In this document: positions 17,894 to 26,222 of the stretch, piece by piece
Layout of the letters: each line of letters begins with the position of its first letter
How positions within the stretch are numbered: position 1 is the first letter of the stretch
DNA from: an uncultured Actinomycetota bacterium
Lineage (GTDB): Bacteria; Actinomycetota; Nitriliruptoria; Euzebyales; Egibacteraceae
Length of the DNA stretch: 41,573 nucleotides
Assembly (NCBI GenBank): GCA_964418395.1
Contig: CAYQMQ010000001.1
Span: 1-41,573 of the forward strand
Direction: 5' to 3'
Notes under the pieces: model-generated
The model's input: only the letters and a program-made list of their open reading frames with translations
Told to the model about the DNA's origin: nothing
Database searches by the model: none
Program-made: the position numbers and the translations under genes

Positions 17894-20134
17894 GTGACGA
17901 AAGGTTGTGCGATCGAATCCGCCGTGTCGACCGAACTCGCCGCGCGCTGGCGCGAGGGGACGCTCCGCCCCGAGCCTGCGGGCGGCACGCCCGGCCCCGG
18001 CGACACGCCCGGAGGCGGGCTCAGCGAGGCCGACGAGGTCGACCTGGACGATCCGGTCCTGTATCTCAACCGCGAGCTGTCGTGGCTGGAGTTCAACCGG
18101 CGGGTGCTGGCGCAGGCGACCGACTCGACGGTGCCGTTGCTCGAGCGACTGCGGTTCGTGGCGATCTTCGCCCGCAACCTGGACGAGTTCTTCATGGTGC
18201 GGGTGGCCGGGCTGAAGCAGCAGGTCACCGCCGGGGTCACCACCCTGAGCCCCGACGGCCATACGCCGGCCCAGCAGCTCGAGGCGATCTCGGAGCGCTT
18301 GCGCCCGCTGTTGACCTCCAGCTCGGACCTGTTGCACGACCAGCTGCTGCCGCTGCTGGCTCGTCACGGGGTGGCGCTGCGCAGCATCGCCGACCTCGAC
18401 GAGGCCGAGCAGGCCCACATCGACCGGGAGTTCGACGAGGAGATCTTCCCGGTGCTCACCCCGCTGGCGGTCGACCCCGGCCACCCGTTCCCCTACATCT
18501 CGAACCTGTCGCTGTCGCTGGCGGTCACGATCCGCCATCCCGACACCGGCGAGCACCGGTTCGCCCGCGTCAAGGTGCCCAGCGTGCTCCCCCGCTTCGT
18601 GGGGCTGCCGGACGGCTCTTCGTTCGTGCCGCTGGAGGAGGTGATCGAAAGCCGGCTGGACCGGCTGTTCCCCGGCATGGACGTGATCGAGGCCTCGCCG
18701 TTCCGGGTCACGCGCAACAGCGACCTCGACCTCCAGGAGGAGGAAGCCGACGACCTGCTCATGGCCGTGGAGCGCACCGTCCGCCGCCGCCGTTTCGGGG
18801 CGGTGGTGCGGCTCGAGGTCGCCGACGACACCCCGGACGAGACCGTCGCGATGCTCGCCGAGGAGCTCGACGTCGGCGATCGCGACCTCTACCGCACCAG
18901 CGGCCTGCTCGGCCTCGACGACCTCGCCGAACTCGCCGATCTCGACCGGCCCGATCTGCACTGGCCACACTGGGAGCCCGTGGTCCCGCCGGCGTTCGAG
19001 CGCCATGGCGACATCTTCTCGACGATCCGCGAGCGCGACGTCCTGGTCCATCACCCCTACGAGAGCTTCGAGGCCTCGGTCCAGCGCTTCATCACCGAGG
19101 CCAGCCAGGATCCGCAGGTCCTGGCGATCAAGCAGACGGTCTACCGCACCAGCGGGGACTCACCGATCGTCCACGCGCTGATCCGGGCCGCCGAGGCCGG
19201 GAAGGGGGTGGTGGCCCTCGTCGAGCTCAAGGCCCGCTTCGACGAGGAAGCCAACATCCAGTGGGCCCGGGCCCTGGAGAAGGCCGGCGTGCACGTCGTC
19301 TACGGCCTGGTGGGGTTGAAGACCCACTCCAAGACCTCGCTGGTGGTCCGCCGCGACGCGGACGGCATCCGCCGCTACGCCCACCTCGGCACCGGCAACT
19401 ACAACCCGCACACGGCCGGCTCGTACACCGATCTCGGCCTGTTCACCTGCGACGACGCCGTCGGCGCCGACCTCACCGACCTGTTCAACGTGCTGACCGG
19501 CTACGCCCGCCAGGACCGCTACCGCGAGCTGATGATCGCGCCCACCACGATCCGCCACGACATCCGCGAGCTGATCCACCGCGAGATCGACGCCCACCAG
19601 CGCGGCGAGCGCGCCGGCCTGATCCGGCTCAAGCTCAACGGCATGCTCGACTCGGCGTTGATCCGCGAGCTGTACGAGGCGTCGCGGGCGGGCGTGCGCA
19701 TCGACTTGCTGGTGCGCGGGATCTGCGGGTTACGTCCCGAGATCCCCGGCATCAGCGAGCGCATCCGCGTGGTCTCGGTGGTGGGACGCCTGCTGGAGCA
19801 CAGCCGCATCTGGCAGTTCGGCCCGGACCAGCTGTGGATCGGCTCGGCCGACTGGATGCCCCGCAACCTGGACCGGCGCGTCGAGCTGATGGCCCCGGTC
19901 CGCGAGCCGGAGCTGCGCACCGAGCTCAAAGCGGTGCTCGACCTGGTGCTGGCCGACAACGTCCAAGCGTGGCGCTTGTGCGCGGACGGCTCGTGGGTGC
20001 AGCGCTTCCCCGGCGACGGCGAGCATCCCGTGGACAGCCAGGCGTTGCTCATGGCGCGGGCCGAAGCACGTGCGGCCGGCGAGCCGGACCCCACGGCTCA
20101 CCTGGCCGACCAGATCGACGCCGCCCGCGGGTGA
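17894..20134 (+). CDS. ppk: Polyphosphate kinase 1
   Basis: This is the tail of ORF 16976..20134. PPK1 hallmarks are present: YLNRELSWLEFNRRVL, RLRFVAIFARNLDEFFMVRVAGL, the phosphohistidine region GLKTHSKTSLVVRR, and GTGNYNPHTAGSYTDLGLFT. No in-frame ATG lies between the recQ stop and the conserved core. I take GTG 17894; GTG 17924 is an alternative. Confidence 0.88.
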   Translation: MTKGCAIESAVSTELAARWREGTLRPEPAGGTPGPGDTPGGGLSEADEVDLDDPVLYLNRELSWLEFNRRVLAQATDSTVPLLERLRFVAIFARNLDEFFMVRVAGLKQQVTAGVTTLSPDGHTPAQQLEAISERLRPLLTSSSDLLHDQLLPLLARHGVALRSIADLDEAEQAHIDREFDEEIFPVLTPLAVDPGHPFPYISNLSLSLAVTIRHPDTGEHRFARVKVPSVLPRFVGLPDGSSFVPLEEVIESRLDRLFPGMDVIEASPFRVTRNSDLDLQEEEADDLLMAVERTVRRRRFGAVVRLEVADDTPDETVAMLAEELDVGDRDLYRTSGLLGLDDLAELADLDRPDLHWPHWEPVVPPAFERHGDIFSTIRERDVLVHHPYESFEASVQRFITEASQDPQVLAIKQTVYRTSGDSPIVHALIRAAEAGKGVVALVELKARFDEEANIQWARALEKAGVHVVYGLVGLKTHSKTSLVVRRDADGIRRYAHLGTGNYNPHTAGSYTDLGLFTCDDAVGADLTDLFNVLTGYARQDRYRELMIAPTTIRHDIRELIHREIDAHQRGERAGLIRLKLNGMLDSALIRELYEASRAGVRIDLLVRGICGLRPEIPGISERIRVVSVVGRLLEHSRIWQFGPDQLWIGSADWMPRNLDRRVELMAPVREPELRTELKAVLDLVLADNVQAWRLCADGSWVQRFPGDGEHPVDSQALLMARAEARAAGEPDPTAHLADQIDAARG

Positions 20135-20151
20135 GCCTCGCGCAGCGCCGC

Positions 20152-20820
20152 TCACTCGGCCACTCGGAATGTGGCGGTGACGCGCAAGCCCACGTCGTCG
20201 ACGTCGCTGTCGGCCGGAGCCTGATAGGTCGCGGTCTTCGTGATCCGGTAGCGCCCGGGCTTGGCCGCGCCCCACGGCTCGACGGGCCAGAACTGGCCCG
20301 CGCTGACCGCGCCGGGTTGCAGCTCCACCCCGACGGAAGCCCACGCCCAGCCCGCGTCCTCGCCCTCCGCCGGGTCGAGCTCCCGCCAGCCGTCGCCGAC
20401 CCACCGCTCGACCGCAAACGGCAAGTCGATCAGCAGCGCCACGTCACCGCGGTTGACCAGGTGAAACGCCACCTCCCCGCCCGTGCGGATCTCTCGCGGG
20501 ATGATCACCAGCTCAACGGCGGCCTCGCCGTGCCGGGTGGGTTTTCGCGCCAGGCTCGCCGCCGCGGGCGGTCGCTCCCGGCCCGCCGCCTCTTGCACCG
20601 AGACCTCCGGTGTCACCCGCTCCGGCATCCCGGGCTCGCCGCTGTCGGGCCACAGCACCACCGCCGAGAGCGCCACCAGGCCGATCACGGCCCCGGTGAC
20701 GAGGCGGGCGGGGAACGCGTCAACTCCGGACCACCCCGTCCCGGACCACGGGCTCAGACCCGCCGACCACCGGTGCCACCACACGCCGACGATCCGGCGC
20801 AGATCACGTGATGTGGGCAC
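20152..20820 (-). CDS. Hypothetical membrane-anchored protein (one TM segment, C-terminal beta-rich domain)
   Basis: ORF 20152..20910, with G/C-rich third codon positions. The TM segment is LVTGAVIGLVALSAVVLW. I recognise no catalytic motif. I trimmed the start to GTG 20820, because the ORF-track start 20910 would overlap the divergent M15 gene. Confidence 0.5.
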   Translation of the reverse strand: MPTSRDLRRIVGVWWHRWSAGLSPWSGTGWSGVDAFPARLVTGAVIGLVALSAVVLWPDSGEPGMPERVTPEVSVQEAAGRERPPAAASLARKPTRHGEAAVELVIIPREIRTGGEVAFHLVNRGDVALLIDLPFAVERWVGDGWRELDPAEGEDAGWAWASVGVELQPGAVSAGQFWPVEPWGAAKPGRYRITKTATYQAPADSDVDDVGLRVTATFRVAE

Positions 20821-20892
20821 ATCACCTCCAATGAACCCCAACCATACGTCGGATGCGGCGGTGGGGAAAGAGCGTGTCGCTACGGTGTGGGC

Positions 20893-21822
20893 ATGCCCAT
20901 CCGGCGACACCGCCTCCTGCTCGCCCCGGCGTTCGTGGTGGCCGCGGCCGCGTGCGGCGCCAGCGACCAGCCGGGGTCACCCCCTGAGCCCGCGGTCGCC
21001 GACGAGGCTGCCACGCCGTCGTCCTCCCCGGCCACGCCCGCGTCCTCGCCCGCCCCGCCGGATCAGGACGCCGCCCAGGCACCGTCCGACCCGAGCCCGG
21101 AGCGCGCTGGGGAGACGGCACGGCCCGAGTGGCTGGGCAGCCGGGAGCTGCCCATGCGCGACGACGGGTTCGGCCAGGTGCGGGACACGCCCGCCGAGCT
21201 CGTCGACCGCCGCCTGCCGCCGCCGGAATCCGACCTGCCCCCACCGCCCGCCGACGGATCGTTCGCCGCCAGCATCGAGCCGGTGCCTGACCCGGTCGCG
21301 GCGCGCTCCACCTGGCGGCCCGGGTGTCCGGTCGGGCTCGACGAGCTGCGCTACGTGACCGTGACGTTCTGGGGGTTCGACGACCGTCCCCACACCGGCG
21401 AGGTGATCGTCCACCGCCGGGTGGCCGAGGACGTCGCCGCGGTCTTCGAGCGCCTGTTCCGGGCGCGCTTCCCGATCGAGGAGCTGCGGGTGGTCCGCTC
21501 CGACGAGCTCGACGCGCCCCGGACGGGCGACGGCAACACCTCGACCGGCTTCGTGTGCCGCGAGATCACCGGCGGGGAGGGCTGGTCGCAGCACGCCCAC
21601 GGGCTCGCGGTCGACATCAACCCGTTCCACAACCCCTACCGCCGCGGGGACCTGGTCGTGCCCGAGCTCGCCAGCGCCTACCTGGACCGCCAGCACCACC
21701 GCCCCGGCATGATCCAACGCGGCGACGTGGTCACCGAGGCGTTCGCCGACATCGGCTGGGGGTGGGGCGGCGACTGGCAGTCGCTCGCCGACTGGATGCA
21801 CTTCTCGGAGTCCGGCCGCTGA
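20893..21822 (+). CDS. M15 family metallopeptidase lipoprotein (D-Ala-D-Ala carboxypeptidase-like)
   Basis: ORF 20887..21822. ATG 20893 gives MPIRRHRLLLAPAFVVAAAACGASD (lipobox AAAC), followed by a Pro/Ala/Ser linker. M15 motifs are SQHAHGLAVDINP and WQSLADWMHFSE. Confidence 0.8.
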   Translation: MPIRRHRLLLAPAFVVAAAACGASDQPGSPPEPAVADEAATPSSSPATPASSPAPPDQDAAQAPSDPSPERAGETARPEWLGSRELPMRDDGFGQVRDTPAELVDRRLPPPESDLPPPPADGSFAASIEPVPDPVAARSTWRPGCPVGLDELRYVTVTFWGFDDRPHTGEVIVHRRVAEDVAAVFERLFRARFPIEELRVVRSDELDAPRTGDGNTSTGFVCREITGGEGWSQHAHGLAVDINPFHNPYRRGDLVVPELASAYLDRQHHRPGMIQRGDVVTEAFADIGWGWGGDWQSLADWMHFSESGR

Positions 21823-21866
21823 CAGGGCCGCGACCGGTCCCGATCCCGCGTTGGTGAGCGCCCGCC

Positions 21867-22367
21867 ATGCACGTGCTCGTGATCGCCGACACCCACATCC
21901 GGCGCACCGGTTCGCGGACGCTGCCGCCGGCCGTCTACGACCACGCCGAGGGCGCCGAGACGATCCTGCACGCCGGTGACGTCCTCGTCGGCGAGGTCCT
22001 CGACGACCTCGCCCGGTTCGCGCCGGTGCACGCGGTCCTGGGCAACAACGACCCGGAGCTGACCGGCCGGCTGCCCGAGACGCTCGAGCTCGACCTCGAC
22101 GGCCTGCGCGTGGCCATGGTGCACGACTCCGGGCAGTCCAAGGGCCGGGCGCGGCGTCTGCAGCGGTGGTTCCCCGAGGCCGACGTCGTGGTGTTCGGCC
22201 ACAGCCACATCCCGGTCAACGAAGCCGGCGAGGGCGGCCAGTGGCTGCTCAACCCCGGCTCGCCCACCGAGCGCCGCCGCCAGCCACACCACACGGTGGC
22301 CACCTTCGACGTCGTCGCCGGGGCGCTGGCTGCCCCGCAGCTGCACGTCGTCCCGCGCCCGGCCTGA
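21867..22367 (+). CDS. YfcE/MJ0936-type metallophosphoesterase
   Basis: Complete ORF: MHVLVIADTHI..., HAGDV, LGNND, VFGHSHIP, LLNPGS. This is the canonical calcineurin-like phosphoesterase motif set at ~165 aa. Confidence 0.85.
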   Translation: MHVLVIADTHIRRTGSRTLPPAVYDHAEGAETILHAGDVLVGEVLDDLARFAPVHAVLGNNDPELTGRLPETLELDLDGLRVAMVHDSGQSKGRARRLQRWFPEADVVVFGHSHIPVNEAGEGGQWLLNPGSPTERRRQPHHTVATFDVVAGALAAPQLHVVPRPA

Positions 22368-22623
22368 CCCAGCCGCTCCGCGAGTCGCTTGGGACCGCGA
22401 AGCGGATGCGCCCACGATTCTGTCCGGGAATGCCGGCCGAGTGTGGCCGCGGATCGACGACAGTCCGATTGTGCAGTTGTGATCTGTCGCCCGGCTTCGG
22501 CTACTTAGGGCCGACGGACCCAGACAGGTTGGAGCGCCCAGCTCGGCGGGAAGGATGATGCAACCCCACGAGCGCGTTGTTCGGACCACGAGCGCAGAGA
22601 GCTCACGAAAGCGAGGCTGTGCC

Positions 22624-23613
22624 ATGACCCGGGTAGGGCTCGTGCTCGGCGCCGGTGGAACGGTCGGTCAGGCCTACGAGGCCGGTGTGCTCGCCGCGCT
22701 CGAGAACGACCTCGGCTGGGACGCCCGCAACGCGGACGTGATCGCCGGCACCTCCGCCGGGGCGGTCAACGCCAGCTTGCTGCGCTTGGGCGTGCCTGCC
22801 CACGACCTCGCGGCGTGGGCGGTCAACGCCCCGCTGTCCACCGACAGCGCGCCGCTGCACGCGTGGTTGCGGCGCTCCCGGTCGCACCTGCCACCGCTGA
22901 GCCTGCGGCACTACCTGGGCCGGTGGCGGCTCCCGGCGCCGGCGATGATCAAAACCATCCTGCGCCGGCCGTGGGCGCTGCGCCCCAGCGTGGTCGCCAG
23001 CGCGATGGCGCCCACCGGCAAGGTCGACCTCGCCGAGCGCGCCAACGACCTGCACCGCGTGATCCCGCGCGAGTGGCCGGACGGGCTGCGCATCGTCGCC
23101 ACCCGCCGGGAGGACGGTGCCCGGGTCACCTTCGGGCGGCCGGAGGCTCCGGCGGTGTCCCTGCCCGACGCCGTGTCGGCCTCCTGCGCGATCCCCGGCT
23201 ATGCCACCCCGCTGGAGATCGGCGGCGTGGAGTACCTCGACGGCGGCGTGTACTCGCCCACGAACGCCGACGTGCTCGCCGACGAGGGCTGCGACCTGGT
23301 GCTCGCCCTCGCGCCCATGTCGGCGGCCTCCGGGCTGGCCCCCGGCTGGGACGCGCCGCTGCGCTACGTCGTCCATCTCGAGCTCGAGCGCGAGCTGGCC
23401 ACGTTGGTCCAAGCGGGCACCACGGTGGTGCGGTTCGAGCCGGCGCAGGCGGCCCTGTCGGCCATGGGGCTGGACCTGATGGACGATCACCGCTCCGAAC
23501 AGGTTCTGCAAGAGGCCGTCGTGGAGACGGGGACGTACACTGCCCGTGAGGACATCGCCGCGCGGCTGACTGCACTGACGAACCGGTCGTCGCGACGACA
23601 CCCCGCCGCCTGA
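22624..23613 (+). CDS. Patatin-like phospholipase family protein
   Basis: This is the tail of ORF 22555..23613 from ATG 22624. It has the oxyanion loop LVLGAGGTVG, the nucleophile elbow GTSAG, and the catalytic Asp motif YLDGGVYSPTN. Confidence 0.85.
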   Translation: MTRVGLVLGAGGTVGQAYEAGVLAALENDLGWDARNADVIAGTSAGAVNASLLRLGVPAHDLAAWAVNAPLSTDSAPLHAWLRRSRSHLPPLSLRHYLGRWRLPAPAMIKTILRRPWALRPSVVASAMAPTGKVDLAERANDLHRVIPREWPDGLRIVATRREDGARVTFGRPEAPAVSLPDAVSASCAIPGYATPLEIGGVEYLDGGVYSPTNADVLADEGCDLVLALAPMSAASGLAPGWDAPLRYVVHLELERELATLVQAGTTVVRFEPAQAALSAMGLDLMDDHRSEQVLQEAVVETGTYTAREDIAARLTALTNRSSRRHPAA

Positions 23614-23662
23614 CCCCCACGCGCCGCGCGCCACCGCCCGGCACGACCACACAGGACCCCTC

Positions 23663-26110
23663 GTGTCGGATCCGGCGCGGGCGCGCCGCGCCCGCCCCCC
23701 TCGCAGACTGCTGGCCGCCGCGGCGGCGTTGTCGCTGCTCCCGGCCCTGGGCTGGGCCTCACCGGAGCTCGCTGCCACGACGGAAGCGGGCGACCGCTGC
23801 CCCCGCCCGGTCTCGTCGAGCGCGCCGATCGACCGCGTCGCCGGCACCGACCGCTTCGCCACCGCCGCCTGCGCCTCGACAGCCGAACACCCCGACGGCG
23901 CCGAGCACGTGGTCCTCGCCCGCGGCGACGCCGCCGGCGGACTGGCCGACGCGCTCGCCGGGGCCGTGCTGGCCGACGCCGTCGGCGGGCCGGTGCTGCT
24001 GACCGCGCCGCGCACCCTGCCGACGGTCACGGCCGACGAGATCTCCCGGCTGGGCACGGAACGGGTAACCGTGCTCGGCGGCACGGGCGCGGTGAGCGCC
24101 GACGTCGCGCGCGAGGTCGAGGAGCTCGGCGTCGAGGTCGACCGTGTGGCGGGCACCGACCGCTTCGCCACCGCTGCCGCGATCGCCGAACGCGCCGACG
24201 CCGGCCCCACCGCGTTCGTCGTCAACGGCCTGCGCCCGGCCGATTCGCTGGTGGCGGCCGCGCCGGCGGCCCGCGCGGGGGCGAAGCTGCTACTCGTCAC
24301 CGCCCAGGGGGTGCCCCCGACGACGGCCGCGGCGCTCGACGGCGTGGACGAGGTCGTCGTCGTCGGCGGCCACGGCGTGGTGCCGGCGGCCGTGGCGGCG
24401 CAGGTGGAGCAGCTCAACGCCGGCCCGGTGCGGCGCGTCGCCGGCGGCACCCGCGCCGAAACCGCCGCCTCGGTGGCCCGTGCGTTCCCCGCTGCCGGCC
24501 GGGTGCATCTCGCCGTGCAGTTCGACGAACACCTCGTCGACGCCGTCACCGCCGGGTGGGCGGCAGCCCGCCCCGGGGGCGGCCCGGTGCTGTACACCGG
24601 CCGCGACGCGCCCGGCCACGCCGCCGACCGCTGGCTGCGCCTCGGCGGGCTCGGCACGGCCGACCAACCGGCCGCCTCCCGCCTGGTGGGCGGGTCCGCG
24701 GTGCTCAGCGACTCGCTGGTCGCCCGGCTGGAGTCCCGCTACGAGGAGGCTGCCGCGGGCGGGCCCCCGGCGCAGCTGCGCGGCACGTGGGTGCACCTGT
24801 TCGACGACGATCTCAAGTCGGAAGCCGGCATCCACCGGGTGCTGAACGAGGCGGCCGCCGCCAACGCCAACACCGTGGTGGTGCAGGTCGCCCGCCGACA
24901 GGACGCCTACTACGACTCCGCCGTGCTGCCGCGCACCCCGGACCCGGCGATGCCCGGCGACCTCGACCTGCTCGCCGAGCTCGTGCCCGCCGCCCACGAC
25001 CGGGGCCTGCAGGTGCACGCGTGGGTGTCGGTGCTGCAGGCCTACCACGAGGACTACGACGGGCTGGCCCTGCCGGCCGACCACGTGTGGCGCACCCACG
25101 GGCCCGGCACCAGCGAGCCGTGGCTCATGCAACGCCGCGACGGCGCGACCGGCACGTATCTGGACCCCGGCGTGCCCGGCGTGCAAGACCATGTGGCCGC
25201 GATCATGCGCGAGCTGGTCGAGCGCTCCGACGTCGACGCGGTCCACACCGACTATCTGCGCTACAGCGGCCAGGGCGACTGGGGCTACCACCCGACGTCG
25301 CTGGCACGCTTCCGCGCCCAGACCGGCTACTCGGGCACGCCCCCGCCCGACAGCCCGAGCTGGAGCGATTGGCGGCGGCGCCAGACCGCCGACCTCGCCC
25401 GCCGGGTGTTCCTCGAGACGGTCGAGGCCGACCCGGACACGGCCGTGTCCATGGCGGCCAGCACGATGGGACCGGGCCCGGCCCACGCCGGCGGCTACCA
25501 CCACACCCGCACCTACAGCTGGGTGTATCAGGACTGGCCCGGCTGGCTGGCCGAGGGCACCGTCGACGCGGCCGTGCCGATGAACTACTTCCGCGAGGCC
25601 AACCCCGAGCATCGGGCCTGGTTCGACGACTGGGGCGAGTTCCAACGGGGCCTGCCGCGCGCCGGGTCGGTGCTGGCGGTCGGCCAGGGCGGCTACCTCA
25701 ACAGCGTGGACCACTCGCTGGCCCAGATCGGGCGCGCCACCGCGCGCTCGGACGGCGTCGTGCTGTTCAGCCACCATCAGAACGTCGCCAGCGGCCCGCC
25801 GCAGGCGCTGCTGTCGCGGCTGGGCTCCACCGCCTGGGCCGAGCCCGCTCCCCCGCCGCCGTTGACCGACCGCCGCCCCGGAGGCCACCTGCTGGTCGCG
25901 GTCGCCGACGGCGTGGAGGTCACCGCCCAGCCCACGCTCGGCGGTGACGCCACCCCGCCGCGCCGGGCCGACGCCAGCGGCCACGCCGGGCTGCTGTGGC
26001 TGCAGCCGGGACAGTGGACCGTCGACGCGGACGGCTATGCGCCCACCACCGCCACGGTCCGCGCCGGCGAGGTCACCCGCGTGACGCCGACCGCGGGGCC
26101 GGCGGACTGA
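23663..26110 (+). CDS. Secreted protein: three CWB2-type cell-wall-binding repeats fused to a GHL10/DUF187 (YngK-like) glycoside-hydrolase-like domain
   Basis: Complete ORF (GTG start) with a Tat/Sec-like leader (RRARPPRRLLAAAAALSLLPALGWA). The repeats read VAGTDRFATAACAS, VAGTDRFATAAAIAER, VAGGTRAETAASVARA. A TIM-barrel-like region follows: LRGTWVHLFDD...NTVVVQVARRQDAYYDS...HAWVSVL...DAVHTDYLRY. The C-terminal tail is beta-rich. Confidence 0.78.
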   Translation: MSDPARARRARPPRRLLAAAAALSLLPALGWASPELAATTEAGDRCPRPVSSSAPIDRVAGTDRFATAACASTAEHPDGAEHVVLARGDAAGGLADALAGAVLADAVGGPVLLTAPRTLPTVTADEISRLGTERVTVLGGTGAVSADVAREVEELGVEVDRVAGTDRFATAAAIAERADAGPTAFVVNGLRPADSLVAAAPAARAGAKLLLVTAQGVPPTTAAALDGVDEVVVVGGHGVVPAAVAAQVEQLNAGPVRRVAGGTRAETAASVARAFPAAGRVHLAVQFDEHLVDAVTAGWAAARPGGGPVLYTGRDAPGHAADRWLRLGGLGTADQPAASRLVGGSAVLSDSLVARLESRYEEAAAGGPPAQLRGTWVHLFDDDLKSEAGIHRVLNEAAAANANTVVVQVARRQDAYYDSAVLPRTPDPAMPGDLDLLAELVPAAHDRGLQVHAWVSVLQAYHEDYDGLALPADHVWRTHGPGTSEPWLMQRRDGATGTYLDPGVPGVQDHVAAIMRELVERSDVDAVHTDYLRYSGQGDWGYHPTSLARFRAQTGYSGTPPPDSPSWSDWRRRQTADLARRVFLETVEADPDTAVSMAASTMGPGPAHAGGYHHTRTYSWVYQDWPGWLAEGTVDAAVPMNYFREANPEHRAWFDDWGEFQRGLPRAGSVLAVGQGGYLNSVDHSLAQIGRATARSDGVVLFSHHQNVASGPPQALLSRLGSTAWAEPAPPPPLTDRRPGGHLLVAVADGVEVTAQPTLGGDATPPRRADASGHAGLLWLQPGQWTVDADGYAPTTATVRAGEVTRVTPTAGPAD

Positions 26111-26222
26111 ACAGGAGCGGAGTGAGTACGAGCGGTGTAACGTCGGGGCACATCGACTAACGTTGTTCCGCGATGCCTTCTGACGTGCGTGTGGGCGGTC
26201 GCAGCCTGTCCCTCCCTTCCTT

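Noticed and set aside
26111-26222. Fluoride (crcB-motif) riboswitch upstream of the ClC gene
   Set aside because: I found no recognisable crcB-motif core (the GAUG...CUGAUG pseudoknot segments). The channel also carries CBS/TrkA-C domains and standard ClC motifs, not those of the compact ClC-F type.
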